Below, one piece after another: positions 36,091 to 44,867 of a DNA stretch of 64,000 nucleotides; the first letter of the stretch is position 1, and every line of letters begins with the position of its first letter. The stretch lies in the NCBI GenBank assembly GCA_020725555.1, contig DYEU01000031.1, positions 52,761-116,760 on the forward strand, read 5' to 3'. The DNA comes from Desulfatibacillum sp. (lineage in GTDB: Bacteria; Desulfobacterota; Desulfobacteria; Desulfobacterales; SpSt-501). The translations under genes and the position numbers were made by a program. The notes under the pieces were generated by a model that saw only the letters and a list, made by a program, of their open reading frames with translations, made no database searches and had not been told where the DNA came from.

Positions 36091-36842
36091 GCAAGGGGAG
36101 CGGGAGAGGGAGGGAAGCGATGAGCGAGATCCGGCTCACGGCCGAGGTGCGCACCGATTTCGACTGCGAGGTTCTCGGCCTTCCGGCCGCGCGCTGGGCG
36201 GAGGCGGTCTTCAAGACGGGCGGCGGGGAGATCGCCCTCGAGGTGAGCGTCGAACAGGACGTGATCGTCGCCCTGATGATGGGCGAGGAGGCGGCCTGGA
36301 AGGGAACGCTCGCGGGCTTGAAGAAGCTGCTCCGCGGGGAGCTCCCGGCGCGGTAAGGCACGGGGGTTCGCCCGCAAGGTCGAGGGCCGCCCCGGAAGGG
36401 GTCTTGCGGTGACGACGAGGCGCAGGGCGGGGAGCGGCGCGGGGGCGCCGAAGTCGAGGAGCGCAACCGGCGGGGAGACGAGGAGCAGCCCGGAGAAGCC
36501 TTCCGGCGCGCCGGCGAGCACCCGGGCGCCGAAGGAGTAGCCCGCGCCGAGGATCTCCACGGCGCCCCGTCCGCGGAGCCACTCCCGCGCGGCGGCGAGG
36601 TCTTCCCGTTCCGGGCCGCCGCCGCCGTGGGCCCCTTCGCTTCGCCCCACGCCGCGGAAATTGAAGCGCAGCACCGAGTACCCCGCCTCGCGGAAGGCCC
36701 GCGCCAGGGCGACGACCACGGGGTTGTCCATGTCCCCGCCGTAGAGGGGATGGGGGTGGGCGATCAGGGCCGCCCGCGGTCCGGCCGCCTCCTCCAGGCG
36801 GCCCTCGAGCCGGATCCCCCCGCAGGGGATGAAGACCTCCAT
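36030..36842 (-). CDS. alpha/beta hydrolase (HPHPLYGG...GYSFG type); C-terminal third uncertain
   Basis: The N-terminal ~160 aa read LIAHPHPLYGGDMDNPVV, RFNFRGVGRSEG and the GYSFG nucleophile elbow. The frame stays open to 36030 through antisense of two plus-strand genes. Codon quality drops below about 36415. Confidence 0.6.
   Translation of the reverse strand: MEVFIPCGGIRLEGRLEEAAGPRAALIAHPHPLYGGDMDNPVVVALARAFREAGYSVLRFNFRGVGRSEGAHGGGGPEREDLAAAREWLRGRGAVEILGAGYSFGARVLAGAPEGFSGLLLVSPPVALLDFGAPAPLPALRLVVTARPLPGRPSTLRANPRALPRRELPAEQLLQARERSLPGRLLAHHQGDDHVLFDAHLEGDLPAARLEDRLRPARGRKAENLAVEIGAHLGREPDLAHRFPPSPAPLAQVSSRSRSSQASASGPEKQ
36120..36356 (+). CDS. hypothetical 78-aa protein (call conflicts with the antisense hydrolase tail)
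   Basis: GGGAGAGGGAGGG RBS, starting 30 nt after the fusion gene. By hand count, 73 of 78 codons end in G/C. No family recognised. Confidence 0.45.
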   Translation: MSEIRLTAEVRTDFDCEVLGLPAARWAEAVFKTGGGEIALEVSVEQDVIVALMMGEEAAWKGTLAGLKKLLRGELPAR

Positions 36843-36848
36843 CGCCGC

Positions 36849-38021
36849 TCACCCCTTGCCCTGCAGCAGGGCGAGCAGCTCGCCGCCGAAGGCCGCGCGC
36901 TGCCAGGGCCGCAGCTCGCCGATGTCCCGGAGCTCGGCCTCCGACCGCGGCCGCCGCTCGGCGAGCGCGCGCATCGCCGCCTTGGAGCAGACGAGCGCCG
37001 GCTCGAGGCCGAGCGCGCGGCCCTTGCGCTCGCGCCAGCGGCGCAGGGCCTGGAGGCGCTCGCCGGCCGCGGCGTTCAGGGTCTCGCGGGGGCGGCGCGG
37101 GTAGCGGGGCAGGCGGTCCTCGGGGAGTGAGAGGGCCGAGGCGATCGCCGCCAGCACCTCCCGGCCGTAGCGCTCGATCTGCAGCGGGCTGAGGGCCCCG
37201 CTTTCGGCGAGGCCGCGGCCGTCGCGCGGGGGGTGCTCGGCCAGGGCGAGCAGGCTTTCGGTGCGGAAGACCTTGAACGGCGGCCGGTCCTTTTTCCGCG
37301 CCAGCGCTTCGCGCAGCGCCAGCAGGGCCTCCAGCACCGCCAGGCCCCGCGGGCCGAGGCGGCCGGCCCCCTTGCAGGAGACAAAGCGGGGCCCCGGCTC
37401 CTTGCCCTCGGCGAAGGGCAGCTCGGCAAGCAGGCGGCACTCCTCGAGCACCCAGGCGAGACGCCCCTTCGCGGCGAGTTCCGCCGCGAGATGCTCCGCG
37501 AGCGGCACGAGGTGGCGCACGTCGGCCGCGGCGTAGGCGACCATGGCCGGCGGGAGCGGGCGCTGCGACCAGTCCTTGCGGCGCTGGCTCTTGTCGAGCT
37601 CCACACCGAAGGTGCGCTTCAGGGCGGCCTCGAGGCCGGTCTCCGCGAAGCCGAGAAAGCGGCAGGCGAGCTGGGTGTCGAAGAGCTGGGCGACGCGGAT
37701 GCCGAAGTCACGCTGGAGGAGGCGGAGGTCGTAGTCCGCGCCGTGGAAGACCTTGCGGATGCGGGCGTCGCCGAACAGGGGCTTGAGGCAGGCGAGGTCC
37801 CGCAGGGCGATCGTGTCCACCACCGCATGCCGCGGGGGGGCGGAAATCTGGAGCAGGCAGGTCTTCTCCTGGAAATGGTAGAGCGAATCGGCCTCGAGGT
37901 CGACGCCGATCGCCGGCGCGGCGGCGATCTCCCGCGCCAGGGCGGAGAGCGCCTCCGGGGTGTCGACCCAGGAGACGGGGGGCGCGGCGGGCGATGCGGC
38001 GGGTTGTCTTGACCCGGACAT
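36849..38021 (-). CDS. rnd: ribonuclease D
   Basis: DEDD exonuclease motifs (GVDLEADSLY, YAAADVRHL) and HRDC-like C-terminal repeats. Confidence 0.85.
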   Translation of the reverse strand: MSGSRQPAASPAAPPVSWVDTPEALSALAREIAAAPAIGVDLEADSLYHFQEKTCLLQISAPPRHAVVDTIALRDLACLKPLFGDARIRKVFHGADYDLRLLQRDFGIRVAQLFDTQLACRFLGFAETGLEAALKRTFGVELDKSQRRKDWSQRPLPPAMVAYAAADVRHLVPLAEHLAAELAAKGRLAWVLEECRLLAELPFAEGKEPGPRFVSCKGAGRLGPRGLAVLEALLALREALARKKDRPPFKVFRTESLLALAEHPPRDGRGLAESGALSPLQIERYGREVLAAIASALSLPEDRLPRYPRRPRETLNAAAGERLQALRRWRERKGRALGLEPALVCSKAAMRALAERRPRSEAELRDIGELRPWQRAAFGGELLALLQGKG

Positions 38022-38038
38022 GCGATCTTCTCTACAAT
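38009..38038 (+). promoter_or_regulatory. candidate sigma-70 promoter of thrS
   Basis: TTGACC-N18-TACAAT overlaps the divergent rnd start codon. Confidence 0.4.
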
Positions 38039-38080
38039 AGATTCTTTGTCTGACTCAAGCCCGGATGTGCGGCATCGGCA

Positions 38081-38125
38081 GGGACCGGCGGTTTGCGGCC
38101 GCGCCGGTCCCGCCGTTTCGGGACC
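38081..38125 (+). promoter_or_regulatory. thrS leader with two mutually exclusive hairpins
   Basis: GGGACCGGCG (38081-90) pairs with CGCCGGTCCC (38102-11). Alternatively GGTCCCG (38106-12) pairs with CGGGACC (38119-25), just before the GGAGGG RBS. Confidence 0.35.
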
Positions 38126-38145
38126 TCTCCCGAGGAGGGATGTTC

Positions 38146-40062
38146 ATGATTGGGATCACGCTCCCCGACGGCAGCCGGCGGGAGTTCGAGGGGCCCGTGA
38201 GCGGCCGGGAGCTCGCCCGCAGCCTCTCCGAGACCCTCGCCCGCAACGCGGTGGCCCTCGAGATCGACGGCCGGCTCGTCGATCTCGACACCCGGATCGA
38301 CCGCGACGCGGCGGTGCGGGTGATCACCCCCCGCGATCCCGAGGCGCTCGAGATCCTGCGCCACAGCGCCGCGCACGTGATGGCCCAGGCCATTCAGCGG
38401 CTCTACCCGGAGGCGAAGCTCACCATCGGGCCGGTCGTCGAGGAGGGCTTCTACTACGACATCGACATGCCCCCCGTCTCCGAGGAGGACTTCCCCCGCA
38501 TCGAGGCCGAGATGCAGAAGATCGTCCAGGCGAAGCTGCCCATCCGCCGCCGCGAGGTGAGCCGGGAGGAGGCGCTCGCCCTCTACCGCGAGGAGCCCTA
38601 CAAGCTCGAGATGATCCGCGAGCTGCCCGAGGGGGTGATCTCGGTCTACGAGCAGGGGGAGTTCGCCGACCTCTGCCGCGGGCCCCATGTCCCGCACACC
38701 GGCTTCGTCAAGGCCGTCAAGCTCCTCAAGGTCTCCGGCGCCTACTGGCGGGCGGACCCCTCGCGCGCCCAGCTGCAGCGCATCTACGGCACGGCCTACT
38801 TCGACAAGAAGGATCTCGACGCCTACCTGCGCTTCCTCGAGGAGGCCCGCCGCCGCAACCACCGCCGCATCGGCCAGGCCCTCGACCTCTTCAGCTTTCA
38901 CGACGAGGCCCCGGGGATGCCCTTTTTCCACCCGCGGGGGATGGTGCTCTGGAACGCGCTGCTCGACTACTGGCGGGAGGAGCACCGGGCGGCGGGGTAC
39001 GTGGAGACGAAGACGCCTCTCCTCTTGAACCGCGCGCTCTGGGAGCGTTCCGGCCACTGGGACAACTACCGCGAGAACATGTACACGACGACGATCGAGG
39101 AGACCGAGTACGCCATCAAGCCGATGAACTGCCCGGGCGGCATGCTCCTCTACAACCGCCGGCCCCACTCTTACCGGGAGCTGCCGCTCCGGGCGGCCGA
39201 GATCGGGCTTGTCCACCGCCACGAGCTCTCCGGGGTCCTCTCGGGGCTCTTCCGCGTGCGCGCCTTCCATCAGGACGACGCGCACATCTTCATGGCTCCC
39301 GAGCAGATCGAGGCCGAGATCCTCGGGGTGCTGCGCCTCGTCGAGCGCATCTACGCCACCTTCGGGCTGGGCTTCCACCTCGAGCTCTCCACGCGGCCCA
39401 AGAAGTCGATCGGCACCGACGCGCAGTGGGCGCTCGCCACCGACGGGCTCCGCTCCGCGCTCGCCGCCTACGGCCGGGAGTACAAGGTGAACGAGGGCGA
39501 CGGGGCCTTCTACGGCCCCAAGATCGACATCCACATCAAGGACGCCCTCAACCGCACCTGGCAGTGCGGCACCATCCAGCTCGACATGTCGCTCCCCGAG
39601 CGCTTCGAGCTCGTCTTCGTCGACCGCGACAACCAGCGCAAGCGGCCGATCATGATCCACCGCGTGATCTACGGTTCGATCGAGCGCTTCCTCGGCATCC
39701 TGATCGAGCACTTCGCCGGCCGGTTTCCCCTGTGGATGGCGCCCGTGCAGGCCGTCCTCCTGCCGATGAACGACGAGCTCGCCCCCCACGCCCAGGAGCT
39801 CAGGCGCTCCTTCGACGGCGCCGGCCTGCGCGTCGAGGTGGACGCCCGCACCGAGAGCCTCAACCGCAAGGTCCGGGAGGCGCAGCTCGCCCAGGTGCCG
39901 CTCATCCTCACCGTGGGCCCGCGCGAGCGGGAGAGCGGGACGCTCGCCGTGCGCACGCTCGACGGCCGCGTGACCCCGGGGGTCGACTGCGGCCGCTTCG
40001 TCGAGGCCGTCCGGGAGAACGTGCGCCGCCGCGCGCTCTCCTTCGAGGGCTTCGGCGGCTGA
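38146..40062 (+). CDS. thrS: threonyl-tRNA synthetase
   Basis: TGS N-terminus MIGITLPDGS, the editing domain HSAAHVMAQA, class II core motifs and an anticodon-binding domain. ATG 38146 is best spaced from the GGAGGG RBS. Confidence 0.9.
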   Translation: MIGITLPDGSRREFEGPVSGRELARSLSETLARNAVALEIDGRLVDLDTRIDRDAAVRVITPRDPEALEILRHSAAHVMAQAIQRLYPEAKLTIGPVVEEGFYYDIDMPPVSEEDFPRIEAEMQKIVQAKLPIRRREVSREEALALYREEPYKLEMIRELPEGVISVYEQGEFADLCRGPHVPHTGFVKAVKLLKVSGAYWRADPSRAQLQRIYGTAYFDKKDLDAYLRFLEEARRRNHRRIGQALDLFSFHDEAPGMPFFHPRGMVLWNALLDYWREEHRAAGYVETKTPLLLNRALWERSGHWDNYRENMYTTTIEETEYAIKPMNCPGGMLLYNRRPHSYRELPLRAAEIGLVHRHELSGVLSGLFRVRAFHQDDAHIFMAPEQIEAEILGVLRLVERIYATFGLGFHLELSTRPKKSIGTDAQWALATDGLRSALAAYGREYKVNEGDGAFYGPKIDIHIKDALNRTWQCGTIQLDMSLPERFELVFVDRDNQRKRPIMIHRVIYGSIERFLGILIEHFAGRFPLWMAPVQAVLLPMNDELAPHAQELRRSFDGAGLRVEVDARTESLNRKVREAQLAQVPLILTVGPRERESGTLAVRTLDGRVTPGVDCGRFVEAVRENVRRRALSFEGFGG

Positions 40063-40078
40063 AGGGAGGCGCACGCCG

Positions 40079-40312
40079 ATGGCCCGACGCCCCCCGCCCG
40101 GAGGCGGCCCCGGAAACGCCGGGGTGACGACGAGCCGGGTCCGCTTCTGCGACCTGCGCTGCCCCGAGGCCGATTTCGCCCGGGCCGCCGGCCTGGACGG
40201 TTCCTGCCGCACCTTCGTCTCGCTCTGGTGCCGGAGGCTCAAGCGGCACGTGACCAAGAACGCCCCCTGCGAGGCCCGCTACGGCCGGCGCCGTCCCACG
40301 ACGGGGTTCTGA
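40079..40312 (+). CDS. small Cys-rich hypothetical protein
   Basis: 77 aa (RFCDLRCPEA...GSCRTFVSLWC...NAPCE). Third codon positions are G/C-rich. The true start may be internal. Confidence 0.45.
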   Translation: MARRPPPGGGPGNAGVTTSRVRFCDLRCPEADFARAAGLDGSCRTFVSLWCRRLKRHVTKNAPCEARYGRRRPTTGF

Positions 40313-40337
40313 GGGGCAAGGACCGAAACCGCGGGCG

Positions 40338-40748
40338 ATGCACCCGTTGCTCACCCACTGGCTGCCGCTCGGCCTCTACGCCGCGGGGATCTTTTTCGCC
40401 TCCTCCCTCCCGAAGCCGCCCCCGTTGCCCTCCGTCGCCGGGGCCGACAAGGTCCTTCACTTCGCCGCCTACGCCGGGCTCGCCGTCCTCTGCGCCCGCG
40501 CCTTCCGCCGCCGCTGGCCGGGGCTCTCCCCCTGGGGGCTCGGCAACCTGAGCCTCCTCGCGGTCGCGCTCTACGGACTCACCGACGAGTTTCACCAGGC
40601 CTTCGTGCCCGGCCGCACGGCGGACCCTTGGGACTGGCTGGCCGACATCCTGGGGGCGGCGGCCGGCACCCTGGCCTACCTCCTCGCGGCCCGCCGCCGC
40701 TCCCGCCCGGGGCCTCCGCGCCTTGACAGGTTTTCCGATCCCGATTAA
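40338..40748 (+). CDS. VanZ family membrane protein
   Basis: DKVLHFAAYAGLA and DEFHQAFVPGRTADPWDWLAD motifs with 4 hydrophobic segments. Confidence 0.8.
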   Translation: MHPLLTHWLPLGLYAAGIFFASSLPKPPPLPSVAGADKVLHFAAYAGLAVLCARAFRRRWPGLSPWGLGNLSLLAVALYGLTDEFHQAFVPGRTADPWDWLADILGAAAGTLAYLLAARRRSRPGPPRLDRFSDPD

Positions 40749-40796
40749 GGAGGGCGGCAGACCCTTCGCCGTGTTCCCCCGCGGACCCCGGAACCC

Positions 40797-42170
40797 ATGG
40801 CCCTCGACCCCCTCTCCGCCGTTTCCCCCGTGGACGGCCGCTACCGCCGCGCGGCCGAGCCGCTCGCCGCCCATTTCTCCGAGGGCGCCCTCATCCGCTA
40901 CCGGCTGCGCGTCGAGGGGGAGTACTTCATCGCCCTGTGCCGCCTGCCGCTGCCCGAGCTGCGGGAGGTCGACCCGGGGCGCCTTGCGGCCCTGCGGGAG
41001 CGGCTGGCGCGGCTTTCGCGCGCCGACGAGGAGCGGGTCAAGGCGATCGAGCGCGAGATCAACCACGACGTCAAGGCGGTCGAGTACCGGCTCAAGGAGA
41101 TCTTCGCCGAGCTCGGGCTCGACCCCTGGCGCGAGTTCGTCCATTTCGGCCTGACCTCCCAGGACATCAACAACACGGCCTTCCCGCTCGCCCTCAAGGA
41201 GGCCTGGAACGAGGTCCTCGCCCCCGCGCTCGCCCAGGTCGTCGGCCGGCTGGCCGCGCTCGCGCGGCAGTGGCGCGAGGTGCCCATGCTCGCCCGCACC
41301 CACGGCCAGCCCGCCTCGCCCACCCGGGTCGGCAAGGAGATCCAGGTCTTCGTCGAGCGGCTGCGGGGGCAGCTGCGGCAGCTCCGCGAGATCCCCTTCT
41401 CGGCCAAGTTCGGCGGGGCGACGGGGAACTTCAACGCCCACCACGTCGCCTACCCCGGCGTCGACTGGATCGCCTTCGCCGACCGCTTCGTGAACGAGAC
41501 CCTGGGCCTCACCCGCACGCGCGTCACGACCCAGATCGAGCCCTACGACAACCTCGCCGCCTTCTGCGACGGCCTGCGGCGCATCCACACCGTGCTGCTC
41601 GACCTCGCCCGCGATTTCTGGACCTACATCGCCTTCGACTGGTTCCGCCAGAAGGTCCGGCCGGAAGAGGTCGGCTCCTCGGCCATGCCGCACAAGGTGA
41701 ACCCGATCGACTTCGAGAACGCCGAGGGGAACCTCGGGGTCGCCAACGCCCTGCTCGGGCACCTGGCGGCCAAGCTCCCCGTTTCGCGCCTGCAGCGCGA
41801 CCTGACCGATTCCACCGTGATCCGCAACGTGGGCGTCGCCCTCGCCCACGGGCTGATCGCCTACCGGAGCCTGCTCCGGGGGCTGGAGAAAATCACGCTC
41901 CACGAGGAGGCGCTCCGCGCCGACCTGGAGGACCACTGGGAGGTGGTGGCCGAGGGGATCCAGACCGTCCTGCGGCGGGAAGGCTACCCCCGGCCCTACG
42001 AGGCGCTCAAGGAGCTCACGCGCACCGGCGGCCGCATCACGCGGGAGGCGATCGCGGCCTTCATCGAAACGCTCGCCGTCCCGCCCCGGGTGAAGGAGGA
42101 GCTCCGGCGCATCACCCCCCACACCTACACGGGGATCGTCCCCGACTTCGGAGAGGAGGACCGCGCATGA
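40797..42170 (+). CDS. purB: adenylosuccinate lyase
   Basis: SPVDGRY N-terminus, and GSSAMPHKVNP, the fumarate-lyase signature. Confidence 0.9.
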   Translation: MALDPLSAVSPVDGRYRRAAEPLAAHFSEGALIRYRLRVEGEYFIALCRLPLPELREVDPGRLAALRERLARLSRADEERVKAIEREINHDVKAVEYRLKEIFAELGLDPWREFVHFGLTSQDINNTAFPLALKEAWNEVLAPALAQVVGRLAALARQWREVPMLARTHGQPASPTRVGKEIQVFVERLRGQLRQLREIPFSAKFGGATGNFNAHHVAYPGVDWIAFADRFVNETLGLTRTRVTTQIEPYDNLAAFCDGLRRIHTVLLDLARDFWTYIAFDWFRQKVRPEEVGSSAMPHKVNPIDFENAEGNLGVANALLGHLAAKLPVSRLQRDLTDSTVIRNVGVALAHGLIAYRSLLRGLEKITLHEEALRADLEDHWEVVAEGIQTVLRREGYPRPYEALKELTRTGGRITREAIAAFIETLAVPPRVKEELRRITPHTYTGIVPDFGEEDRA

Positions 42171-43150
42171 GCCCCCCCCACGTCCTCGTCGAGGCCCGAC
42201 CCTTCAGCGCCTTCGACCCCGCGCCGCTCGAGGCCTTGCGCCGGGCCGGCCTGGAGGTCTCCGACTTCCGGGGCGCGGGGCTTGCCGACCCGCGCTTCGC
42301 CGAGGCCCTCGGCCGGGCGGAGATCCTGCTGTGCGGCAACGACCTGCGCGTCGACGAGGCGGTGCTCGCCCGCGCCGGGCGGCTGCGCGCCGTGGCCAAG
42401 CTCGGGGCGGGCCTGGACACGGTGGACATCGCCGCCGCGACCCGCCGCCGCCTGCCGGTCTTTCACACGCCCGGGGCGAACAACCAGGCCGTGGCCGACC
42501 ACACCTTCGCCCTGATCCTCGCGCTCGCCCGCCGCATCCTCCGCTGCGACCGCGGCCTGCGGGAGAAGCGCTGGGAGCACACGCGCATCCTCGGCGTCGA
42601 GATCTGGAACAAGACGCTCGGCCTGATCGGGCTGGGGGCGATCGGCCGCTGCGTGGCCCTGCGGGCCAAGGGCTTCCAGATGCGCATCCTCGCCCACGAC
42701 CCCTACTGGCCCGAGGCCTTCGCCGCGGAGCACGGGATCGAGCGCGTGGCGATCGGGGAGCTCCTCGAGCGCGCCGACATCGTGAGCCTGCATGTCCCGC
42801 TCACCCCGGAGAGCCGCCACCTGATCGATGCGGCCGCGCTCTCCCGCATGAAGCCGAGCGCCTTCCTCATCAACTGCTCCCGCGGCGGGATCGTGAACGA
42901 GGCCGACCTCGCCGCCGCCCTGCGGGAGGGGCGGATCGCCGGCGCGGGGATCGACGTCTTCGAGGAGGAGCCGCCGCTTTCCTCGCCGCTGCTCGAGATC
43001 GACAACGTCGTGCTCACCCCCCACACGGCGGCCTTCACCTACGAGGGCATGAACCAGATGAGCACCGGGATCGTGGAGCAGATCCTCGCCTTCGTGGCCG
43101 GGGAGCGGCCGCGGCACACGGTCAACCCCGAGGTCTTCGCCCCCGCCTGA
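42167..43150 (+). CDS. D-isomer-specific 2-hydroxyacid dehydrogenase (SerA/GhrB-like)
   Basis: GLIGLGAIGR NAD-binding motif, plus SRGGIV and TPHTAA. ATGA overlap with the purB stop. Confidence 0.85.
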   Translation: MSPPHVLVEARPFSAFDPAPLEALRRAGLEVSDFRGAGLADPRFAEALGRAEILLCGNDLRVDEAVLARAGRLRAVAKLGAGLDTVDIAAATRRRLPVFHTPGANNQAVADHTFALILALARRILRCDRGLREKRWEHTRILGVEIWNKTLGLIGLGAIGRCVALRAKGFQMRILAHDPYWPEAFAAEHGIERVAIGELLERADIVSLHVPLTPESRHLIDAAALSRMKPSAFLINCSRGGIVNEADLAAALREGRIAGAGIDVFEEEPPLSSPLLEIDNVVLTPHTAAFTYEGMNQMSTGIVEQILAFVAGERPRHTVNPEVFAPA

Positions 43151-43169
43151 GCCCCTTCCCCGGATGCGG

Positions 43170-43808
43170 TCAGGGGCGCCCGTCGAGCAGGGCCCGCACC
43201 GTGCGCGAAACGAGCGCCCAGATCGCATCCGCCGGGAGCACCTCCTCGATCGTGCGCGCAAAGAGGGCCGTCATGCGTGCGGGGAACTCCTCGTCGGCGG
43301 TCCACAAGAGCAGGGTGATCGGAACGCGCGGCAGGGGACGGAAGCGGAAGGCGCGGTCGGCGAGCGCGACCGGCTCGGCGGCGAGCCGCCGCGCCGTGGC
43401 CGCGAAGCCCTCGGGGTCGGCGCCGTAGCGTGCCAGGAGCGGCCCGAAATCGAGGGCGTGGGGCCCGCGGAAGAAGTGCCCCTCGCGCAGGTCGCGCACG
43501 CCGACCGGGGGGCCGTTCTCGGGCAGGGGCCGGCGCGCGCGGCAGAGGTACTGCCGGAGGACCAGCTCGAGGAGAGGGTCCGCGGCGGGCTCCCACGCCG
43601 CGCCCCGGGGGCGGAGCAGCCGGCCCGCCGTCGGGTCGACCCGCCGCGGCTCCCCGAGAAACGGGAAGGAAAGCCCGCCGTCGGCGTGGGGGGTGAAGCC
43701 GGTCGCGGCCGCGAGCTCCGGGAGCGCGCGCCGCCGCACGGCTTCCCAGATGCCGCAGGCCGGCGCTGCGTCCCCGCCGCCCGCGGGAGGGGTCCTCTGC
43801 GGGCTCAT
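43170..43808 (-). CDS. hypothetical protein, possibly DUF3786-like
   Basis: 212 aa with an ATGA overlap with mutM. The LLLWTADEEFPA pattern recalls DUF3786, but I am not certain. Confidence 0.5.
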   Translation of the reverse strand: MSPQRTPPAGGGDAAPACGIWEAVRRRALPELAAATGFTPHADGGLSFPFLGEPRRVDPTAGRLLRPRGAAWEPAADPLLELVLRQYLCRARRPLPENGPPVGVRDLREGHFFRGPHALDFGPLLARYGADPEGFAATARRLAAEPVALADRAFRFRPLPRVPITLLLWTADEEFPARMTALFARTIEEVLPADAIWALVSRTVRALLDGRP

Positions 43809-44641
43809 GGCGCCTCCGGCTGGCAGGCCGGGCAGAAGTGGGTGCCCCGGCCGCCGAGGACGATCCGCACGATCGGGGAGCGGCAGCGCGGGCAGGGCTC
43901 GCCCGTGCGGCGGAAGACCCGCAGGGCGTCGGCGTTTCGTCCCCGGCGGCCGCCGACGGAATAGTAGTTCGCCTGGCCGGTGCCGAGCGAGGTCCCCAGG
44001 TTGTTCAGGCCGCGGCGCAGCACGCGCCGGATCGCGCGGTGGAGCCTCGCCGCCTCCGGGGCGGAGAGGGTGTCGGCGGGGCGGCCGGGGTGGATCCCCG
44101 CCTCCCAGAGGGCCTCGTCGGTGTAGATGTTGCCCAGGCCGGCGAGAAAGCCCTGGTCGAGCAGCAGCGGTTTGATCCGGCGCCGGTGCGCCTTGAGCGC
44201 CCGGAAAAACGAGGCGGCCGTGAACGAGGCCCCGAGCGGCTCGGGGCCGAGCCGGCCGAGGATCCGGCCGGCGTCCTCGGTCAGGTAGAGGCGCCCGAAC
44301 TTGCGCGTGTCGTGGAAGCGCAGCTCGCCGCCGTCCCGAAAGCGGAAGACGACGTGCTCGTGGGGCAGGCGCGCGGCCTCCGGCCCGCAGAGCTCCAGCC
44401 GGCCCGACATGCGCAGGTGGAGCAGGAGCTCGCCCCCCCCGCAGAGCGCGATCACCAGGAACTTGCCGCGGCGGCCGACCCCCGCGATGCGGCGGCCGGC
44501 GAGGCGGCGGCAGAACTCATCGACCGCGGGCTCGGCCACGGCGCGCGGCCAGCTGACCTGCGCGCAGGAGAACACGCGCCCCGGCAGGCCCGCCGCGCGC
44601 AGGTCGCGGGCGATCGTTTCGACTTCCGGAAGCTCGGGCAT
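43805..44641 (-). CDS. mutM: formamidopyrimidine-DNA glycosylase
   Basis: MPELPEVETI N-terminus, H2TH region and the C-terminal zinc finger CPRC...CPAC. Confidence 0.92.
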   Translation of the reverse strand: MPELPEVETIARDLRAAGLPGRVFSCAQVSWPRAVAEPAVDEFCRRLAGRRIAGVGRRGKFLVIALCGGGELLLHLRMSGRLELCGPEAARLPHEHVVFRFRDGGELRFHDTRKFGRLYLTEDAGRILGRLGPEPLGASFTAASFFRALKAHRRRIKPLLLDQGFLAGLGNIYTDEALWEAGIHPGRPADTLSAPEAARLHRAIRRVLRRGLNNLGTSLGTGQANYYSVGGRRGRNADALRVFRRTGEPCPRCRSPIVRIVLGGRGTHFCPACQPEAP

Positions 44642-44664
44642 ACGGGACCGGCAGAGGCGGCGGG

Positions 44665-44693
44665 TTGACTTGTCCGCGGCGGGCCCCTATAAC
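44665..44693 (+). promoter_or_regulatory. candidate sigma-70 promoter of the acyl-CoA dehydrogenase gene
   Basis: TTGACT-N17-TATAAC. It would give a leader of roughly 170 nt. Confidence 0.45.
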
Positions 44694-44867
44694 GGCCGCG
44701 ATGCGGACGGGGGGCCGAACCGCCGCCCAGGGTGCCGCCTGTCCGCCCCCTCCTACCAGATGCGGCGCGGGTTGCCAAGAACCGTACGGCGGGTGGGACC
44801 TTCCCGCCGCCCGGCCGAAGCCTCCGGGGCGCTCCCCCGTTTCCCCGGACGAGAGCGGGAGTGAACC

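Noticed and set aside
36357-36420. A single-base frameshift restoring a G-x-D-x-F motif (…VVTGKDPF…) in the alpha/beta hydrolase.
   Set aside because: The shifted frame quickly becomes nonsense (RGGPRPCGRTPVP…) and does not rejoin the GDDH segment. There is no support for a simple sequencing frameshift.
38065-38145. The track start (ATG 38065) for thrS.
   Set aside because: It would translate through the leader hairpins and add a non-homologous, R/P-rich 27 aa. ATG 38146 sits at proper distance from the GGAGGG RBS and begins the family N-terminus MIGITLPDG.
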